From NCBI GenBank assembly GCA_963702895.1, contig OY969767.1, positions 1,824,001 through 1,888,000 on the forward strand: 64,000 nt of DNA, in the 5' to 3' direction. The translations under genes and the position numbers were made by a program. Below, one piece after another: positions 57,601-62,422 of this stretch (position 1 is its first letter; every line of letters starts with the position of its first letter). The notes below the pieces were generated by a model. It saw nothing but the letters and a program-made list of their open reading frames with translations. It made no database searches and was not told where the DNA came from. This stretch comes from an uncultured Elusimicrobia bacterium. Lineage in GTDB: Bacteria; Elusimicrobiota; Elusimicrobia; 2-01-FULL-59-12.

Positions 57601-59400
57601 GCTTCCCATCATGACAAAGTCGCCTCCCACATACGTCGTCCCGCCCGAAACCGCCAAGGCTCTGACGGTGCCGCCGGCGTTGGGGTTCCAGGAGGTCGCG
57701 TTGCCTGAGGCATCCAAGGCGGCGACGTAGTTGCGCGTCTGGCCGCCGATCGCGGTGAACAAACCGCCTGCATACACCACGCTGCCGGAAACCGCTAGGG
57801 CGCCGATGTTGCCACTGGGGTCGGGGTTCCAGGAAGTGGCGTTGCCACTTGAGTCCAAGGCGGCGATATTGTTGCGCGTCTGGCCGCCGATCGCGGCGAA
57901 GTTTCCTCCCGCATACACCACCCCGCCTGACACCACCAGGGCGGAGACGGCGCCGCTGACGTTGCCAGCGTTCCAGGAGGTGGCGTTGCCTGAGGCATCC
58001 AAGGCGGCGATACTGTTGCGCGTCTGGCCGCCAATCGAGGTGAACCAACCTCCCGCATAAATCACCCCGCCCGAAACAGCCAGGGCGTAGACGCTGGGAG
58101 GACTCTCGACGGGGTTGGGGTTCCAGGAGGTGGCGTTGCCTGAGGCATCCAAGGCGGCGATCTTGTTGCGCGTCTGGCCGCCGATGGAGGTGAAGTCTCC
58201 TCCCGCATACACCACGCCGCCCGAAATCGCCAGGGCTCTGACAGACATATTGGCGTTGGGGTTCCAGGAGGTGGCGGCTCCGCCGCCGCTTGAGTCCAGG
58301 GCGGCGATGTAGTTGCGCGTCTGGCCGCCGATGGAGGTGAAGTCTCCTCCCGCATACACCACGCCGCCCGAAACCGCAAGGGCTAAGACGGCGCTGTTGG
58401 GGTTGGGATTCCAGACCGGATCGACCTGACCACTGGGCAGGATGTGCGCGATGCGGTTGCGCGCGACACCTCCGACAGAGGTGAAGTCGCCTCCGATGTA
58501 CCATCCGCCGCTTCCATCCGGCACCGCCGCGTTGACCACCGTTCCGTAGTCCGATACTGTCACCTTGGGGTAAGGCGAAACCGGCAGCCCGGTGGCCTCG
58601 GAAATCGGCACCCCAGACCCGGTGTTCGGCCCCACCTCCGTGAAAGTCCCGCCAATATAGGTCGTGGTCCCGTCGCGCAGCACGGCGTAAACACTACCGT
58701 TGGTCGTCCAGGCCTGGTTGTTCGGGACGTCCGACATCGGGGCAATCACCCAATTGACGTTGTTGCCGGAATCCGCGCAGCCTTGGTTGTTCGTGGTGCA
58801 GGTTAGCGTCTGGCCGCCCGAGGCGTTGTTGTCTTTGACGTCTAAATAGCCGAGGCTCTGGACACCAGAGGTAGACAGAGCAAGGTAGGCTTGCGTGCTC
58901 GGCGCGCTCGAGCGCAAGGACAAGCGCGTCGTGACCGAAGACCCTTGCAGGGTGAGCGTCCCCAAGACCGTCTGCGTGGAGTTCGCCGGCAGCGTCAAGG
59001 TGTAGGGTGAGGTGGCGATCTTGACTAAATCGAAGAACGTGGTCGAACCCGTCAGGTACTGGTTGGTGCCGTTCAAGGTCACCGCGTTCTGGTTCGGCAC
59101 GAACACCCCGCCGCTGACCACCCAGCCGCCCGCGACCGCAATGCCGTAGTTGCCGCTCGCACTTGTGTTCAATGTTCCTGCCGTGAGCGTCATGGTGGAG
59201 GTGACCGTCATGGAATCCACGAGCGTGTAGTAGCCGCCGGAGCCGTTTAAGTGCAGGTAGCCGAAGGGTTTGCCGTTGGTCTGAAGCCGCTGGCCGGCGG
59301 AGGTGGCGGCCAGCGTAACGGTTGAAGACCTCGCCGTATAGGTGCTGGTCGTGTTGTACCAGCTCCCGCCCAGCCAGATGCCGAAATTGGAGGTGGAAGG
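33619..59400 (-). CDS. Giant repetitive surface protein/adhesin, C-terminal ~8590 codons (four beta-propeller-like blocks, beta-solenoid linkers, G8-like and parallel beta-helix modules)
   Basis: Open frame from 59400 to the stop at 33619; S/T/G/N-rich; WSSA.TW..VP..C..V.I G8-like starts; N.V.GN PbH1-like repeats; continues from the upstream frame across a 1-nt shift. Confidence 0.88.
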   Translation of the reverse strand, partial: PSTSNFGIWLGGSWYNTTSTYTARSSTVTLAATSAGQRLQTNGKPFGYLHLNGSGGYYTLVDSMTVTSTMTLTAGTLNTSASGNYGIAVAGGWVVSGGVFVPNQNAVTLNGTNQYLTGSTTFFDLVKIATSPYTLTLPANSTQTVLGTLTLQGSSVTTRLSLRSSAPSTQAYLALSTSGVQSLGYLDVKDNNASGGQTLTCTTNNQGCADSGNNVNWVIAPMSDVPNNQAWTTNGSVYAVLRDGTTTYIGGTFTEVGPNTGSGVPISEATGLPVSPYPKVTVSDYGTVVNAAVPDGSGGWYIGGDFTSVGGVARNRIAHILPSGQVDPVWNPNPNSAVLALAVSGGVVYAGGDFTSIGGQTRNYIAALDSSGGGAATSWNPNANMSVRALAISGGVVYAGGDFTSIGGQTRNKIAALDASGNATSWNPNPVESPPSVYALAVSGGVIYAGGWFTSIGGQTRNSIAALDASGNATSWNAGNVSGAVSALVVSGGVVYAGGNFAAIGGQTRNNIAALDSSGNATSWNPDPSGNIGALAVSGSVVYAGGLFTAIGGQTRNYVAALDASGNATSWNPNAGGTVRALAVSGGTTYVGGDFVMMGSQTRNNIAALDSSGNAISWNPNANNTVRALAVSGGVVYAGGSFSTIGGQTRNKIAALDASGNATSWDAGNVDNNVAALAVSGGVVYAGGQFTTIGGQTRSYIAALNASGNATSWNPVAGSAVSALAVSGGVVYAGGSFATIGGQTRSRIAALDASGNATSWNPNAGGTVSALAVSGGVVYAGGSFATIGGQTRNRIAALDASGNATSWNPNAGGTVRALAVSGGTAYVGGDFTSIGGQTRNKIAALDASGNATSWNPSANNAVRALVVSGGTAYVGGDFTAIGGRPAVGFAMISVPGISGTAYADTGTTPLGSGRTVALSVNGAAPAYTATTDSSGKFTFSGLNLTAGTTIALYLSGASEKAVTAVLASAESKAMIDLYQDHLIVRSDLADGTPATNALLAAAHNGNADMSAIYSVAGTALTTASGKSLYVWGGTPYQPKGQITTNNNLVIAGALQPAGSSVTVNGIWRQTGVVQLGTSVVTLNGSGIDLTGSGNFDAGTSTVIFAGASVQQSTSAGKSFYSVTVNGAGLTMKDTLTLTGTMALNAGTLDTSSAAITLGGNWTNGGGKFVANTSTITLSGSAAQTFNEPSGTSFTILVDSNTSSGGVTFASSFTASTFYLNGAGLASATTVYFQANSTFTFTTLSLNGSSGKRVAIRSTVPGTYAYFNNTGSNNVSYVEVIDNDAGSNGGQTINAGCPSQNLGHTVNWTFAGGGSTYNSNGTGGGNWSSAATWSPSGTPGVCDAVVILNNDAVTLGAATVISTAAVNAGGTLTLAGYNFTPSSFTVSGTLVLKGSETVALAPETLAGSTVTYNATGASVVLSTWTYRNLLINGSGGTFSATGGLTIKENLTLSAGTLDVTTSSYSLTVSSNWIAAGGTFNARASSVTFNGTNQRLMGSTTFYDFVKYAVGTDTVTFPAGSTQTVQGTLTLVGVSTTTRLYLRSSTPSTQAYLALSTSGVQSLAYLDVKDNNASGGQTLYCTTNNQGCADSGNNVNWVFASMSDVPNDQAWVTNGTVYAILRDGTTTYIGGDFTQVGPNTGSGVPISETTGLMVSPYPKVAGSVNAAVPDGSGGWYIGGSFTHVGGVARNRIAHILPSGQVDPSWNPNAGSSVNALAVSGGVVYAGGSFTTIGGQTRNRIAALDASGGGAATSWNAGAVDNSVYALAVSGGVVYAGGYFTTIGGQARNYIAALDASGNATSWNPNAVSNVSALAVSGAVVYAGGAFTTIGGQTRNYIAALDASGNATSWNPNAGNPVSALAVSGGVVYAGGSFNTIGGQTRNRIAALDASGNATSWNPNAGSSVSALAVSGGVVYAGGSFTTIGGQTRNRIAALDASGGGAATSWNAGAVDNSVYALAVSGGVVYAGGYFTTIGGQTRNRIAALDSSGNATSWNAGAVDNIVYALAVSGGVVYAGGSFTTIGGQTRNRIAALDSSGNATSWNPNAGNPVNALAVSGGVVYAGGSFTTIGGQTRNRIAALDASGGGAATSWDPNAGSGVSALAVSGGVVYAGGAFTTIGGQTRNRIAALDASGGGAATSWDPNAGSSVSALAVSGGVVYAGGFFTTIGGQTRNRIAALDASGGGAATSWDPNAGSGVNALAVSGGVVYAGGWFTTIGGQTRNRIAALDASGNATSWDPNAGSGVYALAVSGGTAYVGGSFTTIGGRPAQGFAMISVPGISGTAYADTGTTPLGSGRTVALSVNGATPAYTTVTNSSGQFNFTGLNLTAGTTIALYLSGAAEKAVTAVLASAESNAQIDLYQDHLIVRSDVPEGTPITNALLAAAHNGNADMTAIYSVSGNSLTTASGKSLYVWPGRVYQPQGQVTTNQNLVVAGAFQSQGSSVTVNGLWNQTGAVYLGTSVVTLNGAGIVLTSSSTFDAGTSTVIFAGASVQQSTSAGKSFYSVTVDGAGLTLKDAITMTGSLALNAGTLDTSSAAIVLGGNWTNGGGKFIPNTSTITFIGSATQTFNEPSGTSFTMLVDSNTSSGGVTFASSFTANTFYLNGAGLSSATTVYFQANSTFTFTTLSLNGASGKRVAIRSTAPGTYAYFNNTGSNNVSYVEVIDNDAGAAGGQTIAAGCPSQNLGHTVNWTFSGGGTAYNSNGTGGGNWSSAATWSPSGTPGSCDAVVILNNDAVTLGAATVISTAAVNAGGTLTLAGYNFTPSSFTLSGTLVLKGSETVTLAPNTLAGSTVTYNATGASVVLSTWTYRNLLINGSGGTFSATGGLTIRENLTLSAGTLDMTTSSYSVTISSNWIASGGTFTARASSVTFNGTYQRLTGSTTFYDFVKYAVATDTITFPANSTQTVQGTLTLVGVSTTTRLYLRSSTPSTQAYLALSTSGVQSLSYLDVKDNNASGGQQLVCTTNNQGCLDSGNNTNWVFAPMSDIPNEQAWGTNGTVYAVLHDGTTTYIGGSFTQVGPNIGAGVPLSEATGLPVLPYPKVTVSQYGGIRAAVPDGSGGWYIGGNFTHVGGVARNNIAHILPSGQVDPAWNPNASSIVYALAVSGGVVYAGGFFTTIGGQTRNRIAALDTATGNATSWNPNASGGVAYVQALAVSGSLVYAGGSFTTIGGQTRSGIAALDTTTGNATSWNPNAGGFWPYVHALAVSGGTVYAGGHFTTIGGQTRNYIAALDASGNATSWNPNASYYVHALVASGGTVYVAGEFITIGGQTRNRIAALNASGNATSWNPNANNTVSALALSGGTMYAGGYFTTIGGQTRNRMAALDASGNASSWNAGNVDSTVYALAVSGGVLYAGGYFSSIGGQTRNYIAALDASGNPTAWNPNANSTVRALVASGGTVYAGGNFSSIGGQTRNYIAALDASGNATSWNPNASSTIYTLALSGGLMYVGGNFNSIGGQTRNRIAALDGSGNATSWNPDGDSSVLALAVSDNLVYVGGSFSSIGGQTRNRIAALDASGNATSWNPDTINGFDIDDFAFSGGLVYAGGYFLGIGGQSRSHLAALNVSGTGSATSWDPDPSDPVWTLEISGGVVYVGGAFHTIGPQSRERLAVINLSGTGTATSWNPNANDEVKALTVSGGIMYVGGQFTAIGGRPARGFAMLSVPGITGTAYADTGTTPLGSGRTVALSVNGAAPAYTATTNGSGQFTFTGLNLTPGTTIALYLSGASEKAVTAVLASGESNAQIDLYQDHLIVRSDVPEGTPVTNALLAAAHNGNVDMSAIYSVTGNALTTASGKSLYVMSNRVYQPKGQLTTGNNLVIAGILQPQGSSVTVNGEWRQTGAVYLGTSVVTLNGSGIVLSSSSTFDAGTSTVIFAGASVQQSTSAGKSFYSVTVSGAGLTLKDAITLTGSLALNAGTLDTSSAAIVLGGNWTNGGGKFIPNTSTLTFSGSAAQTFNEPSGTSFTMLVDSNTTSGGVTFASSFTANTFYLNGAGLSSATTVYFQANSTFTFTTLSLNGASGKRVAIRSTAPGTYAYFNNTGSNNVSYVEVIDNDAGAAGGQTIAAGCPSQNLGHTVNWTFSGGGTAYNSNGTGGGNWSSAATWSPSGTPGSCDAVVILNNDAVTLGAATVISTAAVNAGGTLTLAGYNFTPSSFTLSGTLVLKGSETVTLAPNTLAGSTVTYNATGASVVLSTWTYRNLLINGSGGTFNATGGLTIQENLTLSAGTLDMTTSSYSVTISSNWAASGGAFTARGSSVTFNGTHQSLTGSTTFFDLVKIATSPYTLTLPANSTQTVLGTLTLQGSSVTTRLSLRSSTPSTQAYLALSTSGVQSLGYLDVKDNNASGGQTLYCTTNNQGCVDSGNNVNWVIVPMSDIPNDQAWTTNGTVIAVLRDGTTTYIGGSFTMVGPNTGSGVPISEATGLPVSPYAKVAGAVYAAVPDGRGGWYIGGWFTHVGGLARNNIAHILPSGQVDPAWNPNAEGSGVVALAFSGGTVYVGGEFTTIGGQTRNRIAALDLSGNATSWNAGAVNNFVRALAVSGGVVYAGGNFTTIGGQTRNRIAALDASGNATSWNAGAVNDSVRAVAVSGGVVYAGGSFTTIGGQTRNRIAALDASGNATSWNAGAVNNDVNALAVSGGVVYAGGYFTTIGGQTRNRIAALDASGNATSWNAGAVNSGVVALAVSDGVVYAGGGFTTIGGQTRNSIAALDSSGNATSWNPNASAVVSALAVSGGVVYAGGSFTTIGGQSRNYIAALDSSGNATSWNAGTVNNTVSALAVSGGVVYAGGNFTTIGGQTRNYIAALDASGNATSWNAGAVNSSVVALAVSGGVVYAGGSFTTIGGQTRNYIAALDSSGNATSWNAGTVNNTVSALAVSGGVVYAGGNFTTIGGQTRNYIAALDSSGNATSWNAGTVNNTVSALAVSGGVVYAGGNFTTIGGQTRNRIAALDSSGNATAWNVGNVNIGVNALAVSGGVVYAGGNFTTIGGQTRNRIAALDSSGNATSWNPNANGEVKALVVSGGTAYVGGNFSAIGGRQVGFFAMISLPGISGTAYADTGTTPLGSGRTVALSVNGAAPAYTATTDTSGQFTFSGLNLTPGATIALYLSGASEKAVTAVLASGESNAQIDLYQDHLIVRSDVPEGTPVTNALLAAANNGNADMTAIYSVTGTALTTASGKSLYVWPATSYKPKGQLTTNQNLVIAGGLQPEGSSVTVNGVWRQTGVVQLGTSVVTLNGSGIDLTGSGNFDAGTSTVIFAGASVQQSTCAGKSFYHMQVTGAGLTLKDALQTAGSLTLSSGTFTAGSSSITVAGDVTISTNTVFNAGTSTMTLSGSAVQNVWSSTRTYAWLDITNTSAGGVRFRDSLVVGTFTALAQGTTLQFAVAPSSFSALNSLSLGPPSGTKLGLRSVKDSSQWLIVLATGATQSVQNVNVKDSNASGGIQIVTDCESVNAGNNLWWSFGGPITSNGTGGGNWSSASTWKTAKVPGTCNAVTILAGDVVTLDTGLGTASTTTVNGTLQFSTVQSSTFTLVKGSMTVAAGGTLTLGTAATPIPAGSTATLVLAYGGTAGQYGLTINNGGNFVVYGSTKTPYTSATSDVGPGATSVSVVAPITGWQNGDLITIDTEAVTLTSIDGGNLSFTPALTINHYASTPTIVANLTRNAVVRSSGTDTLANTAYIQNLARSATSFSLTYGEFAFLGAAFDARRYGLAWDGTAAKGSISSSTVHDGYSGVTLRSGAQGIHINQNVIYRMAYIGIVFSNASTNTVSGNIVSGNAASGILVSNSSIHNIFSGNRVLGNLLAGISHYGTSTQNTYSGNLVSGNTDGGISIASANNTLSGNTVSGNSGGDAIRITGSNNTLSGNNVVGNQGLGINIRDSVSNIILIGNQVSGNTSYGLQLYNAVTNNTLIGNNVWGNSNIGIHVENSTHNVVIDSRFGYDAAGAPSADGTAEISFNTANAETLLLKNTRVNPTVGINLTGFNRPGNYLLSYNQDLDTGTVRVYGDYTVSGSTLALDYASRLYLSSATTPSLKRAVGGTHTSSVTWTSDANAVSQLITITYNSALTRWEVSGSSTPGTLCTISGAAGGSTDCPAAGPQFHLTVVGATPVDGDFLDFALLAASQDQNLQKKLKFGKSASSGSTWNNNTGRSKLTVAPGAGFQAVGVSTSPTLVSWLDSSSTYYTFVSSGMFTVQHASFTRMDEDGIQLSGTGPFFVRYSTFDYVGGRAGVTAGRLLSLNDVTQSTVTLIGVHYGNNGDAALTNKYNYTILGSSTGLQWANGGYEGALAGDAFEQNDTSNKILWGRGCETVTSVASASWGLDSTWDKGYVPTSCNPVVIAAGHTVTLDISSATASTTTINGTLAFSTVNSSTLTMVGGNMTVAAGGTLTLGTAAAPLVSPALASLILASGTYAGQYGLIVNNGGNFVVYGATKTPYTTATADVAKSATHVDVVGPMTGWNVGDLITIDSVTATITGFSGSGVDFTPGTISAYYSTMPLIVANLTRNAVVRSSGTNTSANTAYLKSLVENATSFVVTYGEFIYLGNSNSCTGNNTCGVSLTYVGLGYPRGSISSSTVRNGYYGIHLYGANSALMLMNNIYNNTQGYYVRSTLSTAFTSNNVYASSGGGFDVGFGSHYNTFNSNYVYRNGAGGFGMNGATNNSLTLNRIFSNTSSGLYMVGSANNNTIVSNLVYGNNDGFALEGVNSNILIANSLYSNVAGIDSWGGSKDNICVDCFIGYSSAAVSLPNGNPEIELHGASSTTLVLKNSWVNPTPGIQTTGFTTAGSYLVNYSTNPGTLQVYGDYNIVGSTLTLDYASQLYTSTATNLKVMWGSGSTFAVNSTSDTTAVSQLVTITWTGLAWEVQGSSTGYMGSYNTSGVSKPFPAAGPTQFMLTVTYTTPAAGDMADFALLAASQDAGVQKKLLFGKSATSGSTWNNNTGRSKITVAPGAGFRAVGVPAAPTLVSWLGSSSTYYTFVSSGMFTVQHASFTRMDEDGIQLSGTGPFFVRYSTFDYVGGRAGVTAGRLLSLNDVTQSTVTLIGVHYGNNGDAALTNKYNYTILGSSTGLQWANGGYEGALAGDAFEQNDTSNKITWGYGCETVTSVASASWGLDSTWDKGYVPTSCNPVVIAAGHTVTLDISSATASTTTINGTLQFSTVNSSTLTMVGGGMTVAAGGTLTLGTAADPLVSPALASLILASGTYAGQYGLIVNNGGNFVVYGSTKTPYTTATSDVGPGATSVSVVAPVTGWSNGDLITIDTEAVTLTSIDGGNLSFTPALTINHYASTPTIVANLTRNAVVRSSGTDTLANTAYIQNLARSATSFSLTYGEFTFLGAAFDARRYGLAWDGTAAKGSISSSTVHDGYSGVTLRSGAQGIHINQNVIYRMAYIGIVFSNASTNTVSGNIVSGNAASGILVSNSSIHNIFSGNRVLGNLLAGISHYGTSTQNTYSGNIVSGNTDGGISIASANNTLSGNTVSGNSGGDAIRITGSNNTLSGNNVVGNQGLGINIRDSVSNIILIGNQVSGNTSYGLQLYNAVTNNTLIGNNVWGNSNIGIHVENSTHNVVIDSRFGYDAAGAPSANGTAEIYFNNSSNAETLLMKNTRVNPSPGIFLNGFNNPGNYVLSYNQDFATGTVRVYGNYAVSGSTMALDYASRLYQSSATMPSLKRAVGGTHTSSVTWTSDANAVSQLITITYNSALTRWEVTGSSTPGTLCTISGAAGGSTDCPAAGPQFHLTVVGATPVDGDFLDFALLAASQDQNVQKKLLFGKSATTGSTWNNNTGRSKITIAPGAGYRSIGVSGYPTIVDWLDSSATYYTFVSSGMFTVQHASFTRMDEDGIQLSGTGPFFVRYSTFDYVGGRAGVTAGRLLSLNDVTQSTVTLIGVHYGNNGDAALTNKYNYTIAGSSTGLQWANGGYEGALAGDAFEQNDTSNKITWGYGCETVTSVGTGSWGLESTWDKGYVPTSCNPVVIAAGHTVTLDISSATASTTTINGTLAFSTVDSSTLTMVGGDMTVAAGGTLTLGTAANPIVAGSTATLILSSGTYAGQYGLIVNNGGNFVVRGSTKTPFTTVTGAGTVGPGVTSFSVGDATGWQVGDTITIDTEAVTIAAISGTTISSYAPGLGQIHYATMTVRVGNLSRNAVIRSSGTSTATNTAYLYSLAAHTTSFDVNYGEFAYLGADIWYQQGVWLRTGATGSVSSSTIHHGYRGLVPQSTNGTFASNNIYACADIGVMVTGGSGNVVTGNNIYANGKEGIMLNSTSGGHTVRGNNVFKQTAIDGGIASYNSNNNNISFNNIYSNVVGLFLQVGSGGGNTISSNTIYGNTNGVRVQNTTGNVLTGGSLGYDALGNSRPNTTEIYLHEGYTDNLTLKAVRVNPTFALPITGFNKAGNYLISYNQSFDTGTVRVWGDYTVSGATFTLSYASETYTGAGDANWQKRLLFGPSSSTFNNGRSKIAVAPGAGFQAVGVSTSPTLVSWLDSSSTYYTFVSSGTFTVQYATFTNVDENGLWLSGSDGISLNNATFDYAGSGVSSTSTYITASAVVSTATFNSLEFLKSRSNGANYNISVVGSDAGLLWTLQRYSGILGGENFERNDPSNKVRWGMHKYSEGMWHIMD
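36700..42660. repeat. Near-identical ~1-kb internal duplication of a beta-helix module (~36710-37780 and ~41600-42660)
   Basis: Offset 4887 bp; further triplicated ~550-bp block at ~35500-36020, ~38020-38545 and ~40390-40915. Confidence 0.85.
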
Positions 59401-62400
59401 CGTCCAGGGTGCCGGCGGTGAGCGTCATCGTGGAGGTCACGGTCATGGAATCGACCAGCGTATAGTAGCCGGTGCCGCTGAGCTGCAGGTTGGAGAAGGG
59501 ATAGCCCTTTGACTTCATGCTCAGGCCCACGCGCGCGCCGGCAAGCGTCACCGTGGAGGCGCGCGCGGTGAAGACGCCGCCCGTGTTGAGCCAGCTTGAG
59601 CTCACCGTGACGCTGTAGTTCGAGGCGGAGGGATCAAGGGTCCCCGCGGTGAGGGCGAGATTCCCTCCGGCCTGGAAGTTGTCCATGAGGGTGAGGCCGG
59701 CGCCGTTTACTTCCACATGGAAGAAGGACTTGCCGGCGGAGGTGGACTGCTGGACGGAAGCGCCCTTAAAGATCACGGTGCTCGTTCCCGCGTCAAAGTT
59801 TCCGGAACCCGTCAAATCGATCCCGCCGCCGTTTAAGGTGACCACGGAAGTCCCGAGCTGGACCACACCGGTCTGGCGCCAGAGGCCGTTCACGGTGACG
59901 GAGCTGCCTTGCGGCTGCAAGGCCCCCGCGATCACTAAATTGTTGTTGGTGGTGATCTGACCTTTGGGTTGATAAGAGGTGCCGCCCCAGACATAGAGCG
60001 ATTTGCCGCTGGCGGTCGTGAGCGCGGTACCAGCGACGGAGTAGATCGCGGTCATGTCGGCGTTGCCATTGTTCGCCGCGGCAAGCAAGGCGTTGGTGGC
60101 CGGGGTGCCGTCGGTAAGATCGGAGCGGACGATCAGGTGGTCCTGGTAGAGATCGATCTGGGCGTTGGATTCAGCGGAGGCCAGCACGGCCGTGACGGCT
60201 TTCTCGCTCGCTCCAGAAAGATAGAGCGCGATCGTGGTGCCGGCCGTCAAATTCAAGCCGCTGAAGGTGAACTGGCCGCTTGCATTAATGGTGGCCGTGT
60301 AGGCGGGCGCCGCGCCGTTAACGGAAAGCGCGACCGTGCGTCCCGATCCCAACGGCGTGGTGCCGGTGTCCGCGTAAGCGGTGCCGGTGATGCCGGGGAC
60401 CGAAATCATCGCGAACCCTACCGCCGGCCGGCCGCTAATGGCGGTGAAGTCGCCTCCCACATACGCCGTCCCGCCCGAAACCACCAGGGCCCTGACGGAG
60501 CCATTGGCACTGGGATTCCAGGCGGAGGCGATGCCATTGGCGTCCAAGGCGGCGATATAGTTGCGGCTCTGGCCGCCGATCGTGGTGAAGGTGCCTCCCG
60601 CATAGACCAAGCCGCCGGATACGAAAAGGGATCGTACGTCGCGAGATGTTGGCGTCGCGTCAGGGTTCCAGGTGGTGGCGTTTCCGCTCGAGTCCAAGGC
60701 TGCGATATTATTGCGCGTTTGACCGCCGATCGTGTCGAAGTCGCCTCCCGCATACACCACACCACCCGAAACCGCGAGGGCGTTGACGCTGTTGTTCACG
60801 TTGCCAGCGTTCCAGGACGTGGCGTTGCCGCTTGCGTCCAGAGCGGCAAGAAAGTTGCGCGCCTGGCCGCCGATCGTCGTGAAGTCACCTCCCGCATAGA
60901 CCACACCACCCGAAAGAGCGAGCGCCCGAACACTATCACTCGCATTGGGATTCCAACTCGTGGCGTTGCCGCTGGCGTCGAGTGCGGCGATAAAATTGCG
61001 GTCCTGGCCGCCGATCCAGGTGAATTGGCCTCCCGCATAGACCAGTCCTCCCGACACCGCCAAACCGGCGACGGTAGAATCTGCCATGGGATTCCAGGGA
61101 GTCGCGTTACCGCTTGAGTCTAACGCGGCGATATAGAAACGGGTCTGGCCGCCGATCGTGGTGAAGTAGCCTCCCGCATAGACCACCCCCCCCGAAACCG
61201 CGAGGGATTCAACAGAACTACTTGCGTTGGGATTCCAGGATGTGACGTTGCCGCTTGCGTCTAAGGCCGCAATACGATTGCGCGTCTGGCCGCCAATCAT
61301 GGTGAAGGAACCTCCCGCGTAGACCAGGCCCCCCGAAGCCGCGAGGGCATAAACATAATTATTTGCGATGGGGTTCCAGGACGTGACGTTGCCGGTGGCG
61401 GTGTCGAGCGCTGCAATGCTGCTGCGCGTCTGGCCGCCGATCGCAGTGAAGTTGCCTCCCGCATAGACTACACCGCCCGATACCGCGAGAGCGAAGACGT
61501 TGGCGCTCACGGCACCAGCGGTCCAGGAGGTGGCGTTGCCGCTCGCGTCGAGTGCGGCAATAGCGTCGCGCGTCTGGCCGCCGATCGTGCCGAACTCGCC
61601 TCCCGCATACACTACGCCACCCGAAAGCGCGAGGGCATTGACGTTGTTATCGGCGTTGGGGTTCCAGGACGTGGCGTTGCCGCTGGCATCCAGGGCGGCG
61701 ATCTTGTTACGCGTCTGGCCGCCGATCGTGGTGAAGGCTCCTCCCGCATACACCACGCCGCCCGAAACCGCGAGGGCGAAGACATTGCCGTTGACGTTGC
61801 CGGCGGTCCAGGAGGTGGCGGTGCCGGTGCCGCTTGCGTTCAGTGCCGCGATGCGGTTGCGGGACTGGCCGCCGATCGTCGTGAATCGTCCTCCCGCATA
61901 CACCAAGCCGCCCGAAACTGCGAGGGCCTCTATGGTCGCCGAAGTGCCGCTGGGACTAGGGTTCCAGGAAGTGGCGGCTCCGCTGCCGCTCGAGTCTAAG
62001 GCCGCGAGTAAACTTCGGCTCTGGCCGCCGATGGTGGTGAAGCTGCCTCCCGCATAAACCACACCACCCGAAACCGCGAGGGCTTGGACCGTGTTATTGG
62101 CGTTCGGGTTCCACGCCGGGTCCACCTGGCCGCTGGGCAGGATGTGCGCGATGCGGTTGCGCGCGACCCCGCCAACGTGCGTGAAAGTACCTCCGATATA
62201 CCAGCCTCCCGAGCCGTCCGGCACCGCTGCGTTGATCGTCCCTGCGACTTTAGGATAAGGCGACACCGGCAGCCCGGTGGTTTCGGAAATCGGCACCCCG
62301 TTCCCTGTATTCGGGCCCACCCGGGTGAAATTGCCTCCGATATAGGTCGTGGTGCCATCGCGCAGGATGGCGAAAACCGAACCGTCAGTCGCCCAAGCCT

Positions 62401-62422
62401 GGTCATTCGGGATGTCCGACAT
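44320..62422 (-). repeat. Five ~3.7-4.15-kb macro-modules, each containing 14 ~46-aa repeats (VxALAVSGGVVYAGGxFTTIGGQTRNxIAALDASGNATSWNP)
   Basis: MSDxPNxQAW module starts at 62422, 58737, 54603, 50466 and 46311; repeats counted in the translation. Confidence 0.88.

Noticed and set aside
58694..59400. C-terminal ~235 aa of the 1748-aa ORF
   Set aside because: Out-of-frame read-through after the 59401 frameshift; the homologous sequence lies in the other frame
44320..62422. Diversity-generating retroelement acting on the propeller repeats
   Set aside because: No reverse transcriptase or non-coding template repeat in the window, and variable codons such as TGG, GAG and CAA are not confined to an AAC-derived pattern
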